From IMG/VR virus record IMGVR_UViG_3300048999_000056, positions 32,001 through 96,000 of that record: 64,000 nt of DNA; one strand, 5' to 3'. Both the position numbers and the translations under genes were made by a program. The notes beneath the pieces were generated by a model. The model was not told where the DNA came from and made no database searches. It saw only the letters and a program-made list of their open reading frames with translations. Below, in pieces: positions 29,257-37,758 of this stretch (positions are counted from its first letter, which is position 1; the number at the start of each line of letters is the position of its first letter). The stretch comes from a virus.

Positions 29257-30263
29257 GCCTGCGCTGACGGGTCGCACCCTGCCGCGCCTAACCGTGTCGG
29301 GCGATGCCTGCCAAGCCCTGACAATCCACGTCTTGCGTTGCCGTGCCGTGCCGGGCCTGCCGGGTCAAGCCGGGACCTTCCGAGCGTTGCGATGCCGCGT
29401 CTGCCCCGCCATGACATGCCTTGCCGTTGCGAGCGTAGCCTTGCCTGCGCTGTCTTGCCGTGACGGACCTAGCCGCGCTCTGCCCTGTCGAGCCTGCCAT
29501 GCCATGCCCTGACGATCTATGCCATCCCGAGCCGAGCCTAGCCAGCCACGTCAAGCCGTGCCTTGACACGTCTTTCCAAGCCTAGCCGAGCCGAGTCTGC
29601 GTTGACCTGCCAATCGATACCTCGCCGTGCCAAGCCGCGTCTGCCCTGCCTCGGCCTGCCGAACGATACCATGCCCTGCAGACCCATGCCTGCGATGCCG
29701 GAACGTGCCCTGCGCTCTCGTGCCACGTCACCACGTACCCTGCCTGCGCCGCCTCAACGCGTCCTACCGAGCCAAGCCGAGACAAGCCTGCGATGCGGCG
29801 CCTAGCCTCGCCTCGACGGATGTCGCCTCGCCTAGCCTGCGTTGCCACAACCAGCCCCCCGAGATCAGGCGAACCCAGCGTGTCCAAGCCTGCCACGCGC
29901 CGCCCGGACTGCCCTTGCCTATCGGTGTCGCCCCGAGCCGGCCGCGCCCTGCCTCGCCCAGTCTCGTCCTGCCAGGACGTGCCTTGCCTGCCCCGTCGTG
30001 ACGTGCCCAGCGCGGCGTAGCCGAGCCTGCCATGCCATGACCGGTCTAGTCCCGCCTAACCATAGCGGGCCGCGCCTGCCCCGCCATCCGGGCGTCGCCT
30101 TGCCGAGCCTTGTCGAACCATGCCTGCGACGCCTTGCCACGGCGTTACGCGTCTAGCCGCACCTTGCCGAGCCTGCGACGCGATGCCTTGCCAAGCCACG
30201 TCGCAACCCGCCAAGCCTGCGTTGCCATCCCTCGAATTGCCCAGCCAACGCTAACCCTGCCCT
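29257..30263 (-). ncRNA. Array 1: 21 non-identical units of (NN-GGY)n pentamers with GCAGGC junctions; candidate guide-RNA array
   Basis: GCCTGC-type junctions on + at 29257, 29306, 29355, 29399, 29443, 29492, 29541, 29595, 29639, 29688, 29742, 29786, 29835, 29888, 29937, 29986, 30025, 30074, 30122, 30171, 30215; 18 of 20 spacings equal 5n+4; no credible ORF. Confidence 0.8.
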
Positions 30264-30276
30264 GTACACAAGGCGA

Positions 30277-30292
30277 GGCGGCCGAAGCCGCC
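30277..30292 (-). other. C(UUCG)G tetraloop hairpin in the array leader
   Basis: Minus strand GGCGGC-TTCG-GCCGCC, perfect 6-bp stem. Confidence 0.7.
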
Positions 30293-30317
30293 CCGTTAGT
30301 GTTAGATATTATGACTG

Positions 30318-30839
30318 CTACTGTCTGCGGCGCTTTCGCCCTGCCTTGCGGTCGGGGCCTTTGCGTGCTGGCGACTTCACCGTGCCACCTTCCAGCTGAT
30401 CCTGCCGGCGCCGCTCCAGTTCGGCAATCCGCTGGCCTTCATCGAACAGGCGCGACATTTCGGTCAACCGCTGATACTTGATATGGAAGCGGTTGAAGTC
30501 ATCTAGCGCGTCCTTCAACATGACGCGCCGCAAGTCACGATCGGGCAGAATGCGATCAAGCGGACGATAACCGCCGCCCGCGTGACGATCGATACTCAAC
30601 GAGATCATGGTGCGCTGCCCGGTATCGTCAACAACATGAATGGCAATCAGGCGGCGTATCTGGTCGAGCCGATAGCGGTATCCTGCCTTGGCGTCTTCCC
30701 ATTCGAGTTCTTCATGCAGTGCCGAGCTGGGATGCGTAGCAGCCCAGTCGTGCACCACCTTGACGTAGAGATTGCCATCGGGATCGAGCCGGCGCAGCGC
30801 CTCCAGTTCCTGCTGGATGCGCGCCGTGGATTCAAGCAT
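30318..30839 (-). CDS. Accessory protein adjacent to the array
   Basis: GGAGG RBS; start MLESTAR; S.LH..LEW.D.KA...YRL.Q.R.LI motif; basic C-terminus. Confidence 0.7.
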   Translation of the reverse strand: MLESTARIQQELEALRRLDPDGNLYVKVVHDWAATHPSSALHEELEWEDAKAGYRYRLDQIRRLIAIHVVDDTGQRTMISLSIDRHAGGGYRPLDRILPDRDLRRVMLKDALDDFNRFHIKYQRLTEMSRLFDEGQRIAELERRRQDQLEGGTVKSPARKGPDRKAGRKRRRQ

Positions 30840-31080
30840 TGTTCGGCCTCCTGGTTGAACGCGCGGCCCAGCCGATAGCGTTCGCCAGATCGCCTTTTTC
30901 CATTGCCAGCTCATACTTGTTGAGTGCGAGCATGTGTTGCGTGAACTTGCGCTCGCGCCGTGCCCATGTGCCAATACGCCGCTTCCTCCGAGGCGGCGTT
31001 TCCTGCAATGCTTTCTCCTTCAGCGCCTCTTGTGCGAGGCGCTGCCCTTCACGGGTTATGTTTTTCAACCGGCTAAGCAT
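30832..31080 (-). CDS. Small basic helical protein
   Basis: 82 aa; overlaps both neighbours by 8 nt, suggesting translational coupling. Confidence 0.55.
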   Translation of the reverse strand: MLSRLKNITREGQRLAQEALKEKALQETPPRRKRRIGTWARRERKFTQHMLALNKYELAMEKGDLANAIGWAARSTRRPNNA

Positions 31081-32083
31081 TGCTGTTGACTACGTCCCAC
31101 AAGCCCCAGTCCAGACCGTTGGAGTTCGGCGAGGAGGGCCGCCCCTCGCCGACGCCGACCTGCATACCGGCAATCGCCATCAGGTTGACCACGTCGGTTG
31201 CCGAGAACTGCCGCGCGTCCCAGCGGACGGTCACGGCGGCGTTCCACTTTTCCCACATAGGCCGGTGGCGGATATCGGCAACGCCTGATGCGTTGCGGGC
31301 TGGCGCCTCGTGCAGCCGTGGCGTGCCGTTGATCTTGACGAGCGGCTGCCCATCCTGATCGAGTCCGTCCGGCACGATGAACAACGACAGCTTGGCGCGT
31401 GTCATCGTGAAGCCGGCAAGGCGGCACGCGTCAATCATCGCGTTGCGGAAAGCCGGCGCCGGAATGCCGTGCCATCCGTCACGCGCGATATGCTGCGCCA
31501 GACGGTAGATTTCTTCGAAGTCCTTCGGCTCGCGACGGCGGCGTGACTTTTCGCCCTGCGAACCCGCCTTCTGCCGCTCCACCATCATGTTGACGGCTTT
31601 CTGGCTGAATTTGTGTTGCACGTAAGGCGTAGAGCCTCTGATGTAGACGATGCCGCGATCGAACTGCGGCGGTTGAATGACGACGCGCGTCACCTTGCCG
31701 CTCAACACGCCAACCGTGCCTTGCTCCATGGTGCTGTCGAGCGTTTCGATCGGGATCGGCGAGGCGGGTATCCTGCCGAAATTGTCGGTGTTGCGCATTG
31801 ACGGCCCGGCTACTGCACCCTTGCCGTTCTTGCCCTTGCCGTTCCGACCGATCGTCGCCTCACGTTCCGCCAGCAGGTCCGCAACCGGATTGCCGCCAGC
31901 GTGCGCCGCCTCGAATGCGGCTTTCTGCTGTCTCTCGTCGCGTGACATAGGTCCGCGCTTGCCGGGCTCGCGTGCCCAAACGGCCGGCTCAACGTCTTCG
32001 ACTGCGGGAGCTGTCCCCCTCTGCGCCAGCTTCTTGGCCTTCAATGCCTTCTTGGCGCTTTTCTTGTCCTTCAACGTCGTCAT
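31073..32083 (-). CDS. Stand-alone RAMP/Cas7-like protein, candidate RNA-guided effector
   Basis: IRGSTPYVQH first strand, GIPAPAFRNAMIDAC helix, RPMWEKW, terminal Gly-rich loop AGMQVGVGEGRP...WG.W; start MTTLKD with GAGGGA RBS. Confidence 0.7.
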   Translation of the reverse strand: MTTLKDKKSAKKALKAKKLAQRGTAPAVEDVEPAVWAREPGKRGPMSRDERQQKAAFEAAHAGGNPVADLLAEREATIGRNGKGKNGKGAVAGPSMRNTDNFGRIPASPIPIETLDSTMEQGTVGVLSGKVTRVVIQPPQFDRGIVYIRGSTPYVQHKFSQKAVNMMVERQKAGSQGEKSRRRREPKDFEEIYRLAQHIARDGWHGIPAPAFRNAMIDACRLAGFTMTRAKLSLFIVPDGLDQDGQPLVKINGTPRLHEAPARNASGVADIRHRPMWEKWNAAVTVRWDARQFSATDVVNLMAIAGMQVGVGEGRPSSPNSNGLDWGLWDVVNSNA

Positions 32084-32134
32084 GTCGTTTTCCCTCATGT
32101 ATGCGATGGGCGCGGCTTTTATTGCCCGCCATCC

Positions 32135-32166
32135 TATATATACAAAACGCCTATTCGTGTTGAACT
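32135..32166 (-). promoter_or_regulatory. Phage promoter-like motif TCAACACG-N12-GTATATAT
   Basis: Recurs at 34886-34917 and 39742-39774; here it lies upstream of the RAMP-like gene. Confidence 0.6.
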
Positions 32167-32732
32167 CGCGCAATGGCGGCGTCCATTTCTTCTTGGCTGA
32201 CCATGTTGCTTTGCTCCTCGATCCATTCCTCGCCGGGCTTCGTCGGCGGTATCAGCAACATGGCGCTTTCACCCTCGCGGTTCGTCGTGCGGACCGACGC
32301 CGGAATCCCGTGGCGCTGCCATATCTTCAACAGATAAGCGCGCAATGTCGGGTCGCGGTGTGCGTCAGGACGCGCGGGATCGAGCCATATCTGCAGACTG
32401 AGCATTGGCTGCTCGTTGATCGTGAATGCCTGCAGATCGGGGCTGATGATGTAACCGCCCTGGTCGGGGCGCTGCAGGCCCGAGGTATCGGGATCGAACA
32501 GCCAGCGACAGGACCACGCCATACAGACGCGTGGCCGGCTGGCGTAGATGCCGCAGCGTCGGTGATCGGACAGATGCGGGCAGGGCACTCCGGCCGGTTT
32601 CTCGCCTACCGGCGGGGGCAATGAAACCGGGACATGGGTGCAGCACATGGTACACGGACCGCAGCGCCGCTGCATGCCCTTGACCTTGATACGATCGCCG
32701 AACATCGGCATGTCGGGGTGCGCGCCAATCAT
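32151..32732 (-). CDS. YkgJ-like CxxCxxCC (Zn/Fe-S) protein
   Basis: CGPCTMCC...CPHL....CGIY..RP..C....C.W. Confidence 0.75.
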   Translation of the reverse strand: MIGAHPDMPMFGDRIKVKGMQRRCGPCTMCCTHVPVSLPPPVGEKPAGVPCPHLSDHRRCGIYASRPRVCMAWSCRWLFDPDTSGLQRPDQGGYIISPDLQAFTINEQPMLSLQIWLDPARPDAHRDPTLRAYLLKIWQRHGIPASVRTTNREGESAMLLIPPTKPGEEWIEEQSNMVSQEEMDAAIARVQHE

Positions 32733-33011
32733 TCAATCCTCTCCTTCGCGGATATGGTCAACGTAGTCGATCAGCTCGTGCGCCGACAACCGAGTTTCCG
32801 GTATGTCATGCTTCGTCCAGAACTCAACGAGGATATACCGTGCGCCCGCTACAGGGCGGCTGTGAGGCTGCGGGATCGTGGTGAGGACACGAATGCGGGC
32901 GCACGACATGAGCGCCCTCCAGCGACTCGCGTCGCGTTGCTCGTCAGTCTCTGCAAGCGGCAACCGCCGCAGTCGTTGTCCTGACTGCGGCGGCATAGGT
33001 TTTCTAGCCAT
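32733..33011 (-). CDS. Hypothetical protein
   Basis: ORF tiling with neighbours. Confidence 0.45.
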   Translation of the reverse strand: MARKPMPPQSGQRLRRLPLAETDEQRDASRWRALMSCARIRVLTTIPQPHSRPVAGARYILVEFWTKHDIPETRLSAHELIDYVDHIREGED

Positions 33012-33041
33012 CTGCGACCATCCCCTATCATGCGGTATCGG

Positions 33042-33551
33042 CTAGTCTCTCGTTCCGTCCCAGACCGCGTTAACCGGATCGGTGCTTTCGACAGCGCAAG
33101 CGTCACGCACGTTCGACCAACGGGCAGCGAGGTTCCGCACGTAGTTTTCTGCCTCCTCCTTGGTGGCATAGCGCTGCGCGTTATTGTAGGGCAGGCCGTT
33201 GATAGTAACCTGCGCCATCCACGACCGGTTTGCGAGCATGGCTTTCGAGTGGAAGACGTAGCCTTTCGGGTCATCGTCGTGGGTGAGGAAACCCCTGATA
33301 CGCCGGTCACGAATGTTGATAGCGGCGGGCATGGTGAAGTAGGTGTCCGCCTCGCCTGTCACGTAGACCGTCCGACACCTGCCATCGGGACAGGGGCAGT
33401 TACGGACGCCGGCAAGCGACGGTCCGCTGTCCCAGTCAGTGAACATCGGTATCGAGCCGTTAGGCTCTGCCTCGCCGGCTCGGTCGAAGCGATATTTCTT
33501 CATGCCCATCAGCTGTTCCAATCGATCTGAATTTCGCCGAATACCCACCAT
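33042..33551 (-). CDS. Hypothetical phage protein
   Basis: TGEADTYF..PA and N.QRYATKEEA motifs; start uncertain. Confidence 0.5.
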   Translation of the reverse strand: MVGIRRNSDRLEQLMGMKKYRFDRAGEAEPNGSIPMFTDWDSGPSLAGVRNCPCPDGRCRTVYVTGEADTYFTMPAAINIRDRRIRGFLTHDDDPKGYVFHSKAMLANRSWMAQVTINGLPYNNAQRYATKEEAENYVRNLAARWSNVRDACAVESTDPVNAVWDGTRD

Positions 33552-33621
33552 ACGAGAACCGCGCCGCCGAATACCAGACCGGCCATCAGTCCGTTCCGCC
33601 GGAATGCCTTGACGTTGGCGC

Positions 33622-33912
33622 TCACGTCTTCCTCCCCGCCCCCTGCAGAAAGCGATCGGTGCGGATCAACGACGCTATGATCTTGTAGCGCTCGCCAGTG
33701 TCATAGCCGCGTCGCACCATCTTGTGCTCGCCATCTGTCAGGCGTGGCTCCTCGTTGTGCTTCGCCAGGAAGTCGCGCACGTTCTGGGTGTAGCGCCGTA
33801 GTGCCTCCGTAGCAGTGACAGAGCGCTCAGGCTCCGGCTCGTCTTCGAAGATTACGCGTGGCGGTGTCGTAAAGCGCTCGGGGATAGTCACGTGTTTGAT
33901 CCTTTCGACCAT
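33622..33912 (-). CDS. Hypothetical protein
   Basis: ORF in operon direction. Confidence 0.45.
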   Translation of the reverse strand: MVERIKHVTIPERFTTPPRVIFEDEPEPERSVTATEALRRYTQNVRDFLAKHNEEPRLTDGEHKMVRRGYDTGERYKIIASLIRTDRFLQGAGRKT

Positions 33913-33930
33913 TTGCAGCTGAGTTGTAGC

Positions 33931-33963
33931 AAAAGAAATGGTCCGCCCCTTGCGAGGCGGACC
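33931..33963 (-). terminator. Rho-independent terminator
   Basis: Minus strand GGTCCGCCTC-GCAA-GGGGCGGACC followed by ATTTCTTTT. Confidence 0.75.
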
Positions 33964-33986
33964 GAGTTGTTAGGCTGGGCTTATGC

Positions 33987-34772
33987 TCAGACGGACGACG
34001 CCGCGATCAACACATGCACGTCAGTTGACGACAGCATGTGCCCGGTGCCGCCCTGGAATACGGCCTCCTTGAAGTCCCACTGCGTTCCGGCAGCGGTCAT
34101 CCCCGGCAAGGTGCCAAAGCCATCAGTCGCATTGGCGCCCTGCAGGAAGGCGACGTTTTCCGAGTTTTCGGTGACGTGTGACTGCACGCCAGTCGGTGCG
34201 AGATTGCCCGGCGCGAAGTCGTCACCACCGAAAGCCAGCTTATTGACGCCACCTGCGTTGAGCGTGTTCTCCGCGGTCCACACGTGATTTGCCGAGTTGA
34301 AGTCGAAAACGTCACTGTGGATGAAGCCAGGACGCGACTCGGTGATCAGCATCTTGAGATCGTACTGACCCAAGTCCGGCAACGCCGCGAGCCCGGCGCT
34401 GTCGCTGGCAGGCGTGCCGGCGGCAACGTTGTCAACGTAATTCCAGTTCCACTCGGCACGTGCCGGATTGCCGATCTGAGTGCCGGCATTGACGGTGTAA
34501 TCGGCGCGCCCGTTGTCAGGGTTGATTGTCGGTGTGTAGTCACCATCCGTGCGGTGGTTGATCTTTTCCGCCGTCTGGATATTGCCGTCGGTCGAGCTGA
34601 CATAGCCAGTGTTGGTCTGACCGGTTCCGGTCCACATGAAGCCGGTAGTCGGATTGAAAGCCGGCGTGGCGACGGCGCCGGGTCCACCGAATACGTCGCC
34701 TTCCAAGTGTCCGTTGTTGTCCTGTCCAATGATGTTGTTCTGTGCGTTGTTGACGCCTTTGTTTGTAGCCAT
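33987..34772 (-). CDS. Asn/Gly/Asp-rich beta-protein resembling bacterial extracellular domains
   Basis: 261 aa; has its own promoter motif upstream and terminator downstream. Confidence 0.6.
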   Translation of the reverse strand: MATNKGVNNAQNNIIGQDNNGHLEGDVFGGPGAVATPAFNPTTGFMWTGTGQTNTGYVSSTDGNIQTAEKINHRTDGDYTPTINPDNGRADYTVNAGTQIGNPARAEWNWNYVDNVAAGTPASDSAGLAALPDLGQYDLKMLITESRPGFIHSDVFDFNSANHVWTAENTLNAGGVNKLAFGGDDFAPGNLAPTGVQSHVTENSENVAFLQGANATDGFGTLPGMTAAGTQWDFKEAVFQGGTGHMLSSTDVHVLIAASSV

Positions 34773-34885
34773 AGGTTAATACGCCCTTTCGTGACGTTGC
34801 CCCAGCCCACCATAGGCTAGGCGACTGCAGCCGATGCTGCACTCGTCTAGGCTTGGTTTCGGCGACGGGATTTTTGCCCCGTCGC

Positions 34886-34917
34886 ATATAATATACGAAA
34901 CCGCGTTTTCGTGTTGA
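34886..34917 (-). promoter_or_regulatory. Phage promoter-like motif TCAACACG-N13-GTATATTATAT
   Basis: Second copy of the repeated motif. Confidence 0.6.
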
Positions 34918-35297
34918 TCAAACGACATCCTTCAATTGAACAACGCGAACATCCTTGATCCAGACCGCGAACCGATCCCGTGGCGGTCTGGGCAACGGCA
35001 TGAATGATCCAGCCGTCATGGCTGCTTCCGACGGCAGCATCAGTCCTGACACTTGTTGAATATCGCCGAACGGTGCGGCGATCGTCAGCAAGACGTAGCA
35101 GTTGCGCTCATTCATGTTGATTTTTTCTCCTTTGCCTTGCGTACTGCTGCCCAGTGTGCGGCTTCCTCGTCTCGGTCGGCCCGTTCCCATTCCGCGCCGC
35201 GCGTGTGATTGAGTGCCCATGCCCAGCCGGCAACGAAGACTGCGCACAGAGCTGCCCATCCGAGGCCCCACCACAACCAGCTCATTGACCCTCCTGT

Positions 35298-35801
35298 TTA
35301 CTGATCGACGGTATACACTTCGATAAGCGTGTTCATGTCAGAAAACTCGCGCTTGCTGCACTTGGCGAGTACGTCCTGCCAGGTCGGCTGGCGCCCTTCC
35401 TCCGCCATGAACTCGTGCGCGAGCCGCACCATTTCCTGCATGCCCTGATAGTAGACGATCGGCCTGCTGTCGGAGAACAGCACGGCGTTGTAGAAGCGAT
35501 CGGTTCTTTCTCCGCCGCGCAAGGCCATCGGTAGCAGCGGCCAGTATTGCCACTCGAACGGCGTATCGACAATCTTGCGATCGTGTTGCTTCACGGCGTC
35601 ACATAGGAACGGATAGGCTGCCAGCAGGTCCGGCGCCTCGTGACGATAGGCGTGGCAATAGCGCATATACAGCGCCTTGAAGCGTTCATCGGACAACGTG
35701 CGCCAATCGTCGCCGATCGCTGAGCCTACGCGCTGCCGCAACTGCGCCACCATCTGCTGCGGCAGGATGTCCAACAATGCATGGACCGAACGGACCGCCA
35801 T
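35298..35801 (-). CDS. Hypothetical protein
   Basis: 167 aa ORF in operon direction. Confidence 0.5.
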   Translation of the reverse strand: MAVRSVHALLDILPQQMVAQLRQRVGSAIGDDWRTLSDERFKALYMRYCHAYRHEAPDLLAAYPFLCDAVKQHDRKIVDTPFEWQYWPLLPMALRGGERTDRFYNAVLFSDSRPIVYYQGMQEMVRLAHEFMAEEGRQPTWQDVLAKCSKREFSDMNTLIEVYTVDQ

Positions 35802-35814
35802 GTTATCTGCCCCT

Positions 35815-36171
35815 TTATCTCAACTCGTTCGGATCAGTAAGAGTGCCGTTTTGCAGCGAGGCGCTGCGGACGATGTTGCACTCGTCCTTCCCCGGAAAAT
35901 ACACGACACCAGTTGTCCGCAGTTCGACGTAGACCATGACGATTTTGCCATCGCTGTCACGCTTGACCATGGTATCTTTGAACGTTCCCGTTTCGCGGTT
36001 TGAGTGCTCAAGCGTTGCCGGTGATGCGAATGAGTCCAGGCCGGGTCGGGCAGCAAGCACCTTTGCTGCTACGCACTGCTTGGTATCACCGCGGAGAATG
36101 TACCAGTCCGTCGCCGAAGCGGTCCCGGTGAATGCCGCAACAAGTGCTGTGGTCAACAATAACGTCTTCAT
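35815..36171 (-). CDS. Secreted protein
   Basis: Sec signal peptide ending ASA; GGAG RBS. Confidence 0.55.
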   Translation of the reverse strand: MKTLLLTTALVAAFTGTASATDWYILRGDTKQCVAAKVLAARPGLDSFASPATLEHSNRETGTFKDTMVKRDSDGKIVMVYVELRTTGVVYFPGKDECNIVRSASLQNGTLTDPNELR

Positions 36172-36228
36172 CTTACTCTCCTGTTGATTTGGCAGACTGG
36201 CAAATGCCAGCCTGCCGTTGAAATGGTA

Positions 36229-37311
36229 TCAGGCGTGAAGCAGCTCGCCAGCCTTGCGCTCCAGATCGACGCGAGCGTCCTGATGCGGAATGCCGCGCGC
36301 TACCGCTGTTGCAGCCACCACGACATCCCAGCGGTTCTCGATCGGACGCCCCTCCTCCAGCTTGTGCACGTTCTGCATGTTCCACGCGATGGACTTCGAG
36401 AACCGCTGCGTCAGGAACTCGTTGAGTTTGTCGCCCATGCGGTCCTTCCGCGCATCCTCGATCGCCTGCACGATACCGCGCGTGCTGGACTTGGCGTAGG
36501 TCTGCAATGCCGGTGTGACCTCCTCCAGCCAGCGATCAGGTGCCGATACCGTGTGGCGGATGCGGATTTCGTTGTATTCCTCCGCGCCCCAGACGATCCT
36601 GTTGCTGCATGCGTAGTCGAACAGGAATGTTGCAATGCCGAGCGTCTGCGCCCCGACCTCCGAGTTCCACACGAAGAAGCCACGCGCCAGCGAGCCGGGC
36701 TTGCCGTTGCGGCGGTTCTTCAGCTCGATACGGTGATCCTCGTCGGCCAGGAACACGAAGAAGTCACGGTCCGACGCGAACAGCGTCGTGTTCGCCTTGC
36801 TGATCTCCACGCGCTTGCCGAACTCGCCGGGCACACGCCATTGACCATTGGCACCGTCGCCGAACCGGTCAACAAGTCCATTCAGAATGTCACCATTCCA
36901 GACGCGTCCATATCGCGGTCCTGTCGCGGCACGCAGCATCGGCGAATCGCCTTTCTGCAGCAGCACGCCGAACTCGCCAATGTCGCGCTTGAACGCCAGA
37001 CCGAAGTTGAGGCAGTCCGCCGCCATTGGCGCTGGTAGTGTCCGGAGATACCCGCCAGGGGCTTCAGCGAGCGCCGCAAGCTGCCCGAAAGCCCAGTGCG
37101 TGGGCACATACCCGCCGCCGTTCGGCCCCCGGATTTCCAGCCCGCGATGGTTATCGAGCGGCACGGCCTGCACCTGTCGCGTCGAAACAACCAGCTCGCG
37201 CGACATTTCGCGGACGCTGTTGAAGTGGTCGCGCATGTCGAGCAGATTGGTGTAGCGCTCGTCATCAGGCCGCGTTGCCCACTGGTTGGACGCCTGCATG
37301 AGTTCGGTCAT
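36229..37311 (-). CDS. DUF932/DUF945-family protein
   Basis: QWA.RP.DER, THWAFGQL, ASDRD.FVFL, RGFF.WNSEVG, C.NRIVWG, I.IRHT. Confidence 0.8.
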   Translation of the reverse strand: MTELMQASNQWATRPDDERYTNLLDMRDHFNSVREMSRELVVSTRQVQAVPLDNHRGLEIRGPNGGGYVPTHWAFGQLAALAEAPGGYLRTLPAPMAADCLNFGLAFKRDIGEFGVLLQKGDSPMLRAATGPRYGRVWNGDILNGLVDRFGDGANGQWRVPGEFGKRVEISKANTTLFASDRDFFVFLADEDHRIELKNRRNGKPGSLARGFFVWNSEVGAQTLGIATFLFDYACSNRIVWGAEEYNEIRIRHTVSAPDRWLEEVTPALQTYAKSSTRGIVQAIEDARKDRMGDKLNEFLTQRFSKSIAWNMQNVHKLEEGRPIENRWDVVVAATAVARGIPHQDARVDLERKAGELLHA

Positions 37312-37418
37312 TTTTGAAGTCTCCTGGTTATGGTGGACTGGCGTAGGTGGAAGCAGCGGAAACGGTTGCTTCCGCTGCAACCATATGCGTCAGTCAATGA
37401 CGCCTCCCCCGCTTTTCG

Positions 37419-37658
37419 TTAGCTTGCGGGGGCGGTTTGTGCGCGGGCTGCAGGCCGACGTGGAGCTGAACGAGGCTCGGTCCCTTCCGTGTCGAGCGTG
37501 ACGCTGATGCGCGGCGGTGAACCGGTAAACGCCTTCTTGCGGACGTAGAGCGTGCCGATCTTGGCGAGTCCGAAGTCGATCACGTTGCCGCCGTTGTCGA
37601 TCTCCTCGTAAACCAACGCGCCTTTGGTTTCCTTCTTGAACTGCATGCTAATTTTCAT
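37419..37658 (-). CDS. Small phage protein
   Basis: KETKGA..Y.E...IGTLY.RK motif; GGAG RBS. Confidence 0.55.
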   Translation of the reverse strand: MKISMQFKKETKGALVYEEIDNGGNVIDFGLAKIGTLYVRKKAFTGSPPRISVTLDTEGTEPRSAPRRPAARAQTAPAS

Positions 37659-37758
37659 CGTAAAGTCTCCGGTATGTGTGTTGCGTGTTGTCTGGTTGGT
37701 TCCCTGGCTCTGGTCCAGGTAGTTGCAGCGGTTTGTCGGACGCTGCAACTATCTCGGA

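Noticed and set aside
29257-30263. Canonical CRISPR array
   Set aside because: There is no identical 23-47-nt repeat separated by spacers; the constant element is only a 6-nt junction plus a periodic triplet. No cas1 or cas2 in the window.
29209-30481. Many overlapping ORFs rich in ARLG/PCLA/RRG across array 1
   Set aside because: They are translation artefacts of the GC-rich pentamer repeat: similar low-complexity text in all frames and no RBS.
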